Part shown: positions 36,993-50,039 of the stretch, piece by piece
Layout of the letters: each line of letters opens with the position of its first letter
Position numbering within the stretch: the stretch's first letter is position 1
From: Podarcis filfolensis
Lineage: Eukaryota
Length of the DNA: 64,000 nucleotides
Strand: one strand, 5' to 3'
NCBI GenBank assembly: GCA_964270895.1
Contig: OZ185438.1
Translations under genes and position numbers: made by a program
Notes under the pieces: model-generated
What the model was told of the DNA's origin: nothing
Database searches by the model: none
What the model saw: the letters and a program-made list of their open reading frames with translations, nothing else

Positions 36993-39900
36993 CACTAATA
37001 CATTCAGTTTATACTTTAGCATATGCATTTTTGTACACATTACCTGGTTGGAGAACTGCACTGCAAAGTGCAGATTCTGAAAGATGGCTGTGTTTCAGAA
37101 AGTGTGATGGAGGGAAGTTCACTTTCTTCCCCATCCCTACACAGAAGTTTAGACATCCACACAAGTTTCTGTTCTGTCTTTACACTTCCTCCACTTTCAA
37201 ACTAGCGACCTAAAACCCATGTGACCTAATGACCAATTCCATTCCCTCTTTTTCCATCCACTATGGAATGCTCTAAAACCTAGTTTTATCACACACTGCA
37301 TTCCATTACAATGTGATTTTAAAATGAGATGTCCCCCCCTACTTCCCACTCCTTAGCTGAAAGTCAAAACATAAAGTCTATATTAATATAAGGGCTGATT
37401 GTCAAACACCCTGCAGTGGCAGGGAAACTGCTTTCCTGTGGTTTCCTCTTCTTCTGACACTAGTAATATTTGGATCCAGGAGTTTCATGGGCCAGCTCCA
37501 AAATAGCACTATTAACAAAGTTCATAATTTCCTGGCTCAGAACATAAATTTATTTAGCTGATAATATATTTGCCTGTGTTACATGTATAAATGAAATTCA
37601 TTTTCACTGTGCAGTTCTTGGATTGGAAATCTTGAATTCTAGAGCTTTGTGCAACAAGTTGGGGGGCTGCACATATGGTTTCCCAAAGTCTTGGGAGGAG
37701 CTCTGGTCCTGCCCACAGGGAACCTTTATTTACTTAAAACCACCATAAGATAGCCAAAACATCTGCAACAAAAAGCTGGATTTTAAAGATAAGACAATAA
37801 GGCTCAACCAACATTTCAATCCAACTGCAATCCTTCAGTGAAAAGAGAGATGCAGATAGATAGATAGATAGGGGGGGGGGGGGAGGGAGAAGGAAAAATT
37901 CCAGGGATGCTTATAATTGCTGACCTGGTTCTGAACTGAAGTGAGCATACTTTTCCAATCATTGGCCCATAGTATAACGGCTCCTTTCAACCAAATGCCA
38001 CCCTTAATGACTACATAAATGTCTGCTGAAACTGAGGGAGATACTGCTGGATGTAAAAACCCTATCCAGATGAAATGAGATGTGTAGGTAATATAATAAA
38101 TATGAGAAGGATGTGGGGGGAGGCTTATACCACCACCCCTCTTCTTATCTTCATGCATTGATCAGGTCTTCTGCACAGACATGATTTCATGCTGTCCAAA
38201 TCAGACTATTTTGCAATACAGATACAAATACGCCATGCATTGAAATGGTATGTTGCTTGGGAGAATGCTGCTGACAACTTACTGCCTTGCTCCTTTGGAT
38301 TATGGTGTTTGTGTGCTGGCCCACCTTCAGCTTCATGCATGTGAGCAAGAAAGAATGTGAGCAAGAGAATCATGGGTGCAGAGCGGGGTCACTAGAAGCT
38401 GACTGCACATCCTGCCTGCCCACCCAATAGATGCATGCAATCATGCCCTAAAGTCCACATGATAAGTAATATTGTACATCTCTGCCCCAATGATTTCACT
38501 TATTCATTCTGTTTTTGTTGTATTTTTGAAAACACTCCTGCTCCTTCCTTTTGGGGGGACTCCACTGCAGCCCTGATGCAGGTATATGTCAAGCCAGACT
38601 TTTTGGCCGCCTTTCTCTTTCCTGCATGACATCTACTGTCTCCTAATTATGCTGCCTTGTGAACCACCTTAAACAATTTCTAGCTCTTCTCTGTGTTTAC
38701 CCTTCAAATCCTTGTGGTCCCTGGTGGCATGTGTGTGTTACATGAGGAAGATCTGGCAGGCATACAGAAAAATGGGAAATGCTTTGCAGGGAAATACAAA
38801 ATGCAACTCTTGTAAAATAAATATCTCAAGAAGAGGGGGGGGGGGAAGAATCTAACAATCCAGCAGAAACAACAACAACAACCCCTTGAGGGATTGAAAT
38901 CTGAGCCACTCTCTTCCCAGTGTGCACATCTAATCTCACTGATACTCATTTAAACACAGGCATAGGAGCTGAACATTAAGCATATCAGAAGACATGGAAA
39001 AGGCGCCTGATTCCCAATGAACTGAGACAGCAGTATTCAGTGCCTTGCAGGATACGGCCTCAAGTGCACCTTGGTTGGTCCAGTGGGAAGGAAAAGGCAA
39101 TTTTGTGCTGAATTTTGAAGTTTTAAAAAAACCCTCTCCCTGCTTGGCACCTGCCATTCAAGTCACGATCAGACCTGGCCTTTTGTGAAAAATGCAAGCT
39201 CATTAAAACGGCTGTCTGAATGTCCAGAAAATCTCTTGAGGGGAAAGGGAGGGAGAGAGGGAGGGCACTCAGGCAAATGCACAGCTAGCAGAATAAGAAA
39301 AGGAAGAGACTACTGCCAGGAGTGGAGTCAGTTTCACAGTATATTGATATGGAACGGCCCCTAAATTTAACCAAATCATGAGAGCGAGAATGGCAGGAAT
39401 AAGGCAAAATAACAACAAAAGCCTAAGGGAGATAACCACAGCACAGAAAACCCTAAAAACTGCACCACCTTTCTGCTTGCAAAACACAGGAACGATTAGG
39501 TTTAATATTTCAAATTGAGATGGAGAAGGAGCTCATTTTTCTAGACTTTCCTACCTCTGGTAGGAAGCAAAATGGAGAAGGATGAAGGCTAAGGTGGAAG
39601 ATCAAGATGTGTCAGTGGCCACTCATGTGCATGGGCTACACATATCTTATGGTTCTGTTTTGTAGCAAAGAATTTGGTGCATTAGGCTGCAAATCTAATA
39701 GGCCAATGGACTCCATATCAATTGTTATTGAGTATGCATGCATAGGACTGATCCATTAGAACCTCAAATTCTCTTTTTGTAATTTAAAAAGTCAAATAAA
39801 CTTTAGAAAAACAACAACAAGAATAAGAAGACAACAGCAGCGACCAATGCAATAACAAATAGGAGAAACAATAATATCATACAGGATTTATTATTATCCA

Positions 39901-40199
39901 GCCACTCCAGAGAGAGAGAGAGAGAGATACCAGAGATACAAAGAATAAGACCTATTCTACTCCCTGTATTAAAAACAATATGAAATAACACGTTTTGAAA
40001 CCTAACAAACAACAGGGCAGATGTCTGTATTTCCCAAGGCAGATAACTACAAAATGTGAAGCTACAACCAAAAAGGCCCTGTCTATCTCCAGACTGCACA
40101 GAAACATGAGAACAGCTACTCCCTTATTTGCAGCAGTTCTGTCTCTCGCTTCTTGAATATGGCTCATGAAAGTGTTCCTAACTTTTACTTTGGCAACAT

Positions 40200-40295
40200 C
40201 AACTAAGTTTTACTCAGAGTAGACCCACTGGCATTAATGACCATGACTGTAAGGTCCATTAATGCTAATGGGTCTATTGGAGTAAAACTTGGTTG
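40200..40295. repeat. Long imperfect palindrome (~43-bp arms), old MITE-like remnant
   Basis: CAACTAAGTTTTACTC-AGAGTAGACCCA-CTGGCATTAATG versus its reverse complement at 40256-40295. Confidence 0.7.
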
Positions 40296-40738
40296 ACTAT
40301 CTCCCAGGGTGCAGACCTCACTCCCAGTCTCCATTCTGCTATGTACACTGGACTTAAACACATAGATCTCAATGCGATAGGTACCATGCATAGGGATAGC
40401 CAGTGTGTTGCCCTTCAAATGTTGGGTTCTGACTTCCATATCTCTGACGATTAACCACGGTGCCTGATGCTGATGGGAACTGAACAGCATCATTGGCCTA
40501 TATACATATAGCAGGTGGGGGGCATTTTACAGCGGACCAGATCCTTTCCTCCCCAACCCCTGTGGGCATCAGTTAACATAATTATGACTTTGGGTGCCAA
40601 CTTCAAAGGGGCTCGCTGACAGCAGCTTACTCTATTGACTATGATAGAATGCTTCTTTCAAGCCTAATATCAGTGGGAGAGAACATCTTGTGGGTGCCAA
40701 GGAAGGTCTCTGTGAGCAAATCTGCACTTTGGAGCACC

Positions 40739-41134
40739 ACTCATACTGGTAGCTTCGAGAACACAGCCCAACCATCTCGTCCTCTGTCGTCCCCTTCTCC
40801 TTGTGCCCTCCATCTTTCCCAACATCAGGGTCTTTTCCAGGGAGTCTTCTCTTCTCATCAGGTGGCCAAAGTATTAGAGCCTCAGCTTCAGGATCTGTCC
40901 TTCCAGTGAGCACTCAGGGCTGATTTCCTTCAGAATGGATAGGTTTGATCTTCTTGCAGTCCATGGGACTCTCAAGAGTCTCCTCCAGCACCATAATTCA
41001 AAAGCATCAATTCTTCGGCGATCAGCCTTCTTTATGGTCCAGCTCTCACTTCTATACATCACTACTGGGAAAACCATAGCTTTGACTATACGGACCTTTG
41101 TTGGCAAGGTGATGTCTCTGCTTTTTAAGATGCT
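40739..41134 (-). mobile_element. RTE/BovB-like LINE internal fragment
   Basis: ORFs 40874-41107 and 40670-40858 nearly identical to the 15802 ORF; both ends missing. Confidence 0.93.
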
Positions 41135-42191
41135 GATGATTGAATTTACTGTCCCCCAATTGCTTCCTGATCATTTGCTCTGTGAATTGTCAGTCACAAA
41201 ATGGGCAGCCCTTACCTGATCTTGTCTCAGCTACAGACCTGCAACTGAGCATGTTTCTGCATAAGTGCCAGCAGACACTTATGGTATGGGCAAGACTGAG
41301 AAAGAAGGTTCTGAGCCTCACCTAGACCTCTAGTGCATACATGCACATCTTCCCTTGTGCTCTCTTTCTCGAATTCCCTTTTGTTTTCAAGTAAATATGC
41401 AACCAAAGTCTTGTCTGTAAAGCAGCCCATGTTCCCTCTGCATTGTCTTCCTCTTCAAGGGAAACATTATCGCCTTAATTGCTTAATACCAATTTGCATA
41501 ATACGGCACAGTCTGACAGCCTCCCAAACTGGGATGCAAAAGGGAAGATTAACAAGTTACATATGCAGACCTGCCAGCCTTTCGTATTTGGGAGAGTGGA
41601 AATGGGGAGCAGTCCTTGGATCAGCAATTCTATTGGCGCACCCACACGGCATTTTCTCTGCTCTCCCTTATCTTACCTATGAAATGTTTTGCAGGTTTGA
41701 TTCCCAAGGGAACAACAGCTGTGAACGCAGCCAGTTGAGTATAGTATACGGTGTTTTGGGTGCCCTCTAGTGGTGCTTCTCATTTGTAGTATTTTTAGTA
41801 TAGCAGCATGCACCTATTGGCCCATAGAGTTCCTCCTGATTATGGCAGGAGGGAAAGGGATCATTGACAAAATAATCAGAAAGCATACTCCCCACACCCA
41901 CCCACTGTGAAACGTTAAACACTGAAACAAACAAAACCCCACCTACTTTTTCCTGACAGCTGGCACATATGGTTGCCTTTTAATTTTCTGCTGTCAGCAT
42001 AACACCTGATGGCATAATAGGAAACTACACCAGGGCAAGTTAATGTGGTGTGCTCCAGATGTTCTTGGAGTGTAATTCGTAGCAATTCTGGTCAGCATGG
42101 CCAATGGCCAGGGATTGTGGGAGTCATAGTTTGAGAAGATCTGGAGGGCACCACACTGACAAGGCACACACTGCTTCTTCAGTTAGAAGAC

Positions 42192-42235
<44 letters not shown>

Positions 42236-42633
42236 GATTATTTATACCCCACCCATCTGGCTGGGTTTCCCCAGCCACTCTGGGCAGCTTCCAACAGAAT
42301 ATTAAAATACAATAGTCTATTAAACATTAAAAGCTTCCCTAAACAGGGCTGCCTTCAGATGTCTACTAAAAGTCTGGTAGTTGTACTTCTCTTTGACATC
42401 TGGTGGGAGGGCGTTCCACAGGGAGGGCGCCACTACCGAGAAGGCCCTCTGCCTGGTTCCCTGTAACTTGGCTTCTCGCAGTGAGGGAACCGCCAGAAGG
42501 CCCTTGGCGCTGGACCTCAGTGTCCGGGTAGAATGATGGGGGTGGAGACGCTCCTTCAGGTATACTGGACCGAGGTCGTTTGGGGCTTTAAAGGTCAGCA
42601 CCAACACTTTGAATTGTGCTCAGAAACGTACTG
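42192..42633 (-). mobile_element. L2-clade LINE 3' end with (AAT)n tail
   Basis: ORF 42320-42607 LVLTFKA...RAFSVVAPSLWNALP, typical of L2 ORF2 C-termini. Confidence 0.92.
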
Positions 42634-44936
42634 TAGACCAAGTAGAACAAGCCCCTTGAAGGAAAGGCAGGCTCCCTAGCAAAGATCTCACTCACACGGC
42701 TTCACCCCTGACCCCTCAAGCTTCCAGCCAGTTGTTCGTACTTCCCAGCCCCCACAATATTTATCTTTTCACACCTCAGGTGCCACAAAGCAAGGATGGA
42801 GAACACTGGGGAGCCACAACTTCTTTGGGCTCTTTTCTGCTTGACTGGGTCCCATGGCTGACTTCCTGAAGAAGTCATATTCCTGGAAACCTTCTCCCCA
42901 GACTCCCAATACAAAGCAGCATTCTGAGAGAGCCGCTCCAGAGCAGCCCAAAAGCATCACAGCAAGTAGATTAAATCTGAAAACAAAACAACAGATTCCA
43001 AATGAAGGCAATGACATGAGTTCCTAGACTGATTTTTGCAAAATGACTGATTGGGATCGTAACTAAGCAGAATAAAAGCTAAGGAAAGGAACATGTTCCC
43101 GGAGGCAGGATTTTGCTTCTTCTTGACATACTCTGTTGAAGAGCTGTGATACAGCCAGAGGCTATTTCCAGTCTAGTACACCTGGGAAAAAATGAGTCGT
43201 GTAGCTTGTCTGATAAAGAGGGTTCAAAGATGTAGAAATGTGTATGGTAGCAGTCATTGATGGGAAAAATGCACTGAGGCCTGAAAGTAGTCAGGGCTAG
43301 GTGTCAGAAAGCTGGGGGGGGGGGAATTAAGAGGAGGAAGGAGGGTTAAGCACCCCAAGTGTCCAGAGGGATCCAGAGAAATTTGCAGCAGCAAAGTGGG
43401 ATGAGATGGCTTTGGAGCTAATAATGAAATTCATCTTGCAGCTCAGTGCAAAAAAAGAAAGAAAGGGCACAGAAATCAAACGTGGCTAAGTCACAATATA
43501 TACAGCAGTGTAAGCAGAAAGCTTTAAAGAATATAGAGAAAGCCCCAGAGGAGGAGGAGGAGCAGGGAAAGGATGAATATGAGCAGAGGCAAATCAGAAG
43601 GATAATGAGGGGAGGGGGGGGGGAGAGGCTACGCACGTCAAACTGGGGAGATTATGCCAGATCACAGCAATGGGATTTTCCTATTATAGGCGCAGGAAGT
43701 AGAAAGTAAAATTGGTCCCTGAGAAACTTTTGTGTGAATGTGAGGACCGTAGTTGGATCTTGCTGTGAAATATGCATTTTATACTTCTGCTAACTAATGG
43801 AAGGAGAGGGAAGGATCTGCCTAGCCTTCCAGCTTTGAGCTGAGATATGAGATATAGCTTTAGGCATGGCACCTGTGGCTTTGCAGTGACTTCAGCTTGT
43901 ATGTATTGCATGTAGTTGTGTGAAGAGTGATGGGAGCACACACATGCTATATGCCACTGTTGTGTATGATTTGCTGGGCAATTTGATTAATGCACACCAC
44001 TGGCTACTCATGACCTCCTCCACATGCACCAGAAGAATTTTGAAATTAGTATGTTTTGCAGCAGAGATCCTGAGAATCAGGCCTTAGTGCAGAACTGAAG
44101 TCAATGGTATTGAATGGCATTGGTGTTCAGGTCCACTGCTCATGACATGGTTACCCATCACCATTTGTTTGGGGCACAGGGAGTCAGCCTGTGTCTCAGA
44201 AGTCACACACCCCTTTTCATTCCTTTTCCACCTGTGGGCTTTACCTTACTACTGAAGAATACTGTTATGTGAACCAGTTTGGTGTATTTGGCAGGGAAAC
44301 AGATATTTACATCATGGGGAAACCAGATTGAAATCCCAACTCTATCAGGAAGTATACTTGGAGGAGAGCCAAAAAAAAACACCCAATAGAAATTATGTAT
44401 GAAAGACTTATTCCGCTCACAGACCTAACCAGTCACATCATCTCATTCTTATATACTGCATTTTCCCCAAATGTGAAAGCCTAGTCGAAAAGAGTAGCCC
44501 TTGGGAGAACTTATATTTCAGGAGCCAGAGCCCCAAAAAGGGGCAAAAGACAGACCTTCCTCTTTCCCACCTCACTATGCACATTACTGCTGGTTGAATC
44601 TTTAAAGGGAAGAGGAAGTTTCAGAGGATCAAGCGCTGGTGAAAAAGAGGATATTTTGGGAATAGGAACATAGGAAGCTGCTTATACCCAGTCAGACCAT
44701 AGCTGACACTGACCGGCAGAGGCTCTCCATAAATTCAGAGAGGTGATATTCCTGGCCCTACCTGGCGGTGCTGCAAACTGAACCTGGAACTCGTGCTTGC
44801 AAAGCAGATTCACTACCACTGAAGTATAGCCCTTCCCCTTAGAGGAAGGGAGCTTGCTGATTATCTGAATGTCAAATCTACACATTAAAAAAATATTATA
44901 AAAAATGTTCGTTTCCAATTTAGCATGAGCTGTCTC

Positions 44937-44938
<2 letters not shown>

Positions 44939-44981
<43 letters not shown>
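44939..44981. repeat. (CT)n microsatellite
   Basis: Direct reading of the sequence. Confidence 0.95.
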
Positions 44982-44983
<2 letters not shown>

Positions 44984-46656
44984 GTGAATACTGTATGCAA
45001 CAGCAACATGCATGGCACAATAGTCGCTGATGCAAAGATTTATTTCTACGAAGTCGCATTCAGAATTAAAATAGCTTTGGAGGGGAAAAAATAGCTCATT
45101 CAAAATCTGCTGCCATAGGCAGTAGTCAACTTTGTCTATAACGAGAGCAGCCCCGGTTCTCATATATCATCCTATTTGCTCTCTGCATACAATCCTACCA
45201 TATAAAGGGACTGCCCTCTGCTGGGTTATCATTGATTTCTCCTAGAGTAGAGCTAAGGGGATTGTCATGAGAAAGGGAGAAGGGCAGCCCCAGCCACAAA
45301 GCACCTTTAACTTTGCTTTAGATCTCCTCCACAGTCTGCACCTGCAGTGCAGCCTCATGGGAGCCCAGTTCTCTGAAACCTCCACCTGGGACAGAGTTGC
45401 TGACTCCACTTTCCACACATCCTGTACAACAACACATGCCCAGGCTGTAACAACTTGCGGTGAAAAATGCCCTGTCTCTAGCAAGAGCCTCCTGGAGTCC
45501 TTTACCTACCTAAATTTGCAGCCTCTCAGCCAGCCCCTCCCCTGCTTTCATTTTCAATAGAGTGTAATCAGTTTTTCAGCTCTTTAACCTGATTCTGAGT
45601 GCTCTCCTTTTTAACAATTTGCTATTCCACCCTAAAGCACTCAAAGGGAAAGAAACAGACACATTTTAATTAAATTTTGTTCCATTTTCCCCCTTTTCAT
45701 TTGCATATGTACTTCTTTGGAAAAATAAAGAAAGAAGGGAAGAGATGTGGAAAATTTAAAAGGGATATAAATTTATATAAAGGGGTAAGCAACCGGTTCA
45801 GCACTCCGGGCCCCATTAGAAATATATGTTGAGCCAAAGGGCCACTGCTAATTTCCATCTTTTAGGTGCATGTAATTAACATAATTTTCATATCCTCCTT
45901 TTCTCTCTCTCCAGGAGCATGACAAATGCAAGATGACAGCTGGTGGGCATATTGCACTTGTTCTAAACATTCCTATTTTGAAATTGTCACCCCCTAATGT
46001 TGAAAATGTGATGCAGCCCTTAAAAACCTTGGTATACGGAGACTCATAAAGCTTGAGAATAGGGGGAAATGTAATTAATTCGGAGTCCATTTTTCTTGTC
46101 TGCTTGTTTCAAATGCTTTTGTATTTTTTGTAACTTGCAAATCTTTCTCTCTTCAACCACACCTATCTTGATACAAGAAACATAACTGGACTATCTACAC
46201 AGTACGTACACATAGGGATACATACTCTGGTAGTAAAATAGGCCAAGCCAGCAAGTCACTCCTTCATCTTCTTTTGTATATGCCCCAGTAAGGATTTCTA
46301 TTTAAAATATTATTCTTGAAAACCTTATTTCCTTACAATGACAGCAGTGTGACTTGATGGCATAAATTTACACATTTTATTACTATTTTCATCATTAAGC
46401 CTTTAGAGTCTCGGGACTTCAAATTTTGATACACTTTAACAAATTTGGGAGCCTGAATTTCCTTACAATAAAGATTATATTTCATTAGGGGGGAAAGGGT
46501 ATAAGCTTCAGAATTAGATTCAAATTCAGTGTACATCAGCTACTGGTAAAGATAGTGAGAATAAACGTTCTGTTTAGAGGACAAGTAAGTCATGGGGGCT
46601 TGAAACATTGAATGCAAAGATTCCAAAACACCCCTATAGTTTATAGAGAAGTACAT

Positions 46657-47025
46657 GGGACGTGGGTGGCACTGCGGTCTAAACTACTGACCCTAGGGCT
46701 TGCCGATTTGAAATGTCGGCGGTTTGAATGCCTGCGACGGGGTGAGTTCCTGTTGCTCGGTCCCTGCTCCTGCCAACTTAGGAGTTCGAAAGCACTTCAA
46801 AGTGCATGTAGATAAATAGGTACTGCTCTGGCGGAAGGTAAACAGCGTTTCCGTGCGCTGCTCTGGTTTTGCCAGAAGCGGCTTAGTCATGCTGGCCACA
46901 CGACCCGGAAAAACTGTCTGTGAACAAACGTCGGCTCCCTCGGCTAGTAAAGCGAGATGAGCACCACAATCCCAGAATTGTTCGCGACTGGACTTAACTG
47001 TCAGGGGTCCTTTACCTTTACCTTT
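46657..47025 (+). mobile_element. Sauria SINE, full length, different subfamily
   Basis: GGGACGTGGGTGGCACTG head, (ACCTTT)n tail, diagnostic insert AAAACTGTCTGTGAACAAACG absent from the other copies. Confidence 0.93.
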
Positions 47026-47794
47026 TACATGCATGGTGGATGGTATCCATCGAAACAGTTTCACTAGTGCCAGGAGTTTTAGCTGTGCAATGGAACTTCC
47101 CTGCCCTCTTATCTCTTTGTGTACCTCCAGCATGCCATGAAAATAGGCCCGGGAAACAGATTTAGGGAGTGCATAGACTGGGCAAGGAGAGGGCAGGAAA
47201 GTTCCATTCTGCAGCTGAAATGCATTGCACTACTGGGACTGTTTAATTGGCTACCACCTGAAGTGTTGGGCAAATGAAGGCTTGCAAGCTCAAACTGGTT
47301 CACTATGCCCCTTTCAGTTCAGTTCAGTTGTCCACCAACAAGCTGCCCACCTACTCCCTCTTGAGATTCATGCTCAAGAAGTGTGAGAGTCAGATGGTGA
47401 ACAAAGGAGCAGATTCTGCTGCTCATACATGCTTCTGTCTCTCCCATGTATCTTGATGTGATCAGCAAGAAAGAGACCTCCTTCAAAAGGAAGCTATCAG
47501 AAATTAGAACAGTGTTAACTTACTGTTTTCATGGATCTCCCTGCATACTACAAGAAATAATTACCTGCTCTGACTTGAAAATCCCATCTTTGCTCTAGCC
47601 CATCCCATAGTCTGCTCTCTTCTTGCTTCCTCAACTGCTATGCTACCTGGATAACTTATCAGACCATTAATAAAAACAAAATTATTTGAAGGTGGTTTCT
47701 ACCTTTTCTTATATTGATCTCTATCCTGGTTAATGCCATGTGGTTTCACATTGGAACTCTATTTTGTAATGGTTATCTGTAAAGGAGGGGGAGG

Positions 47795-48772
47795 TGTGTT
47801 GAAGAAAAGGTGAACTGTTCCGGAAGCTCTGCAAACACCATCTTGGTAGTCAAGATGACCCCACAATTAATTGGCAGTTGTTGTAACCATATATGTAAGC
47901 TCATATATGTTTAGATTCACTTATGTAAGCTCATATATGTTTAGATTCACTTGCTTTGATACAGCTTTGATGCTATCCTTATCTGTGGGCTTGGGATGCT
48001 GGGCTCTGACCATTTGTAAGACTTGGGTATTTGCCATCTATGTCGTCATCTGGTCAGGTGAAGCGACTGGAAGCCCACACCAAAGTGACATATCCTGCTT
48101 TGTGTATAAAGAATGTATGAATGTTTCCTTCAGTGCGGACAAGCCATCTCATTGCTGTGGTCTTCATCCCAAATCTGTAAAGGCTGGGGGACCTGGCAGT
48201 CTGATTTGCTGTAAATCTACACCTTTCTTTAATAAAGCACTAGAACTGATCACTCTGATGTTTCTGACATCCTTCTTTGGTATCCCTGCACCCTGCCACC
48301 ACTCCCACTGTCAGCTGCTGACAGAGGGGGAGAGCGTGGAGAGACAGGAGGAGGTAATTAGGCGGGAATGCGGAACGAGGGAGGAGCAGCCTAGTTGCAG
48401 TAGAAGCCTGAGCTCCAAGAACAAGGAGAAGGAAGGGGGGAGTTCAAGGGAGAAGACACAGACCGACAGTGTAAGCTCGGACTCAGAGGGAGGGCCACTG
48501 GAAATAGCCCATCCCATGACGTGTAGGCGCGCAAGAATGAATGAGAGGCGTGAACAGGAAAGGAAGCAAAAGTGGGGCTTTAAATGCGGGAAGAGGAAGG
48601 GGCAGAACTCAGACTCGGCAACAGCTAATTTGGAAGCAGACTGAGCTCCAGAGTGATTTGTGTGTTTTGAGCAATAAACCTGAGTTAATTACTACCGGTG
48701 TTGTTTCGCTTCTGTGGGAGAGACCCAACCATTACACCCACAAGGCCTCCTTTGGACCTGCGGTTTAGAACA
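47795..48772 (+). mobile_element. Solo LTR (~545 bp net) containing a second LTR
   Basis: TGT...ACA ends; 5-bp TSD GGAGG (47790-47794, 48773-48777); TATAAA 48105; AATAAA 48231; 30-bp tandem duplication ATGTAAGCTCATATATGTTTAGATTCACTT. Confidence 0.8.
48309..48736 (+). mobile_element. Solo LTR (428 bp) related to 20806-21241
   Basis: TGTCAG...AACCATTACA ends; 5-bp TSD CCCAC (48304-48308, 48737-48741); AATAAA at ~48673. Confidence 0.88.
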
Positions 48773-48879
48773 GGAGGAGAAGCTTCTCGTTGTGTGTTTA
48801 CAGGTTCCTTTTAACTTTCCAGCTTGGATCTATTACTTTGGGAATGTTGTTATTTTGAAATGAAAAGTAAAAACAAAAT

Positions 48880-49800
48880 AGGATGACTAAGAAATTTCTC
48901 AATTGCTCTTCTAATAATATTCAAACAGTGACTCAGAGAACATTAACCCCATACAAAATTAGAAATATTTATAATAGTGCAAAGAAGAAACCTAACCTTT
49001 CAAAATTGCCATACAAGATGTCAACAAACTGCATCTCTACTTTTACCATTTTTCAACAGTTTTATTGCTTTCTCAAAATAAATATCCTTCCCCACAAGTA
49101 GAAATCCATACTGTCTTACCCTTGACAAAACAATATTGACATAGAAGAAATTATTTTTAGATTGCAATTTAGAGGTGCCCATGTTTAGCATCCTACACTT
49201 TCTTATAGACTAAGGATAAAAGTTGAGTAATACATGAATTAAGGATTGCCAAAATTTAGCTTTTCTATATTGATTTCCTTAAAACTTTACCTAGCATTAT
49301 GTTTATAAGAACATCTGTGGAATGTTTATCTGGGTAAGTATTTCAGTCAAACACAAAATTCACCCTAGCTTTAAATGTTTGGAAGTCAAATAAATATATT
49401 GTTTTTTTAAAAAAAATGTTCTCTCCTTTATCTCCCATGGACACTTAGGATTAGAAAATTGTTTTATCACCCTTAATTTTCAAATTTTTCAATTTGCACA
49501 GTTAACTTATGCATTAATTGTGTCCTCATAGTTAACATCATCCAGTTTCTTTTGCTGTTCTACTTGAACCTTCTAATATAGTCGATAATAGCTTTTACTT
49601 TTCTAAAAATAAGTTTCTGTTTTGATATTTCAATCTTTAAGCTGCCAATTTCTGCTAAAAATATTTATCATTGTCCTTCTAGTGTAACTGGAGACATGAA
49701 ATCCTCATGGTTCCCTGTATCATTTTAATCAGGTCTGTTATTAGACTGAAAAGCTATTTGATCAGGAAAAAAATGTAGCCCAGTTAAAGAAAGCAGTTCA
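48880..49800 (-). mobile_element. Highly decayed L1-like fragment(s)
   Basis: A-rich minus strand with a broken translation near 48990-49070 resembling the L1 HxxW-C-terminal motif region; many stops. Confidence 0.35.
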
Positions 49801-49917
49801 TAGTCTTTCACCAATACCTGAACTTTATTCAAACCACTCACCGTTCCATTGCCCTATCAATTCAGATCATGTTCAATTCATCAGCCATTTGAAGCTTGAG
49901 TAAGTTACTTGAAGCTT

Positions 49918-50039
49918 GAATCACAGAGTTGGAAGAGAACCTGAGGGCCACTTAGTCTAACCCCCTTTCACCCAATGTAGGGCCCAAACCCACAACCCTG
50001 AGATTAAGAGTCTCATGCTCTACCAACTGAGTTATCCCT
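49918..50039 (-). mobile_element. Short SINE: tRNA-Lys-like head plus CR1 3' tail (Squam2-like)
   Basis: Minus strand GGGATAACTCAGTTGGTAGAGCATGAGACTCTTAATCTCAGGGTTGTGGG, then GGGGGTTAGAC...CTCTTCCAACTCTGTGATTC matching the CR1 end at ~9295-9346. Confidence 0.8.

Noticed and set aside
42852-43025. 57-aa ATG ORF MADFLKKSYSWKPSPQ after an acceptor-like site
   Set aside because: Expected by chance at this length; no homology or donor support.
45267-45560. ORF containing MGAQFSET, reminiscent of the MARCKS N-terminus MGAQFSK
   Set aside because: Similarity ends after six residues; the rest lacks the Ala/Glu-rich MARCKS sequence.
49985-50039. tRNA-Lys-like sequence
   Set aside because: The 3' acceptor/T arm is degenerate and is fused to a CR1 tail, so it is a SINE and not a tRNA gene.
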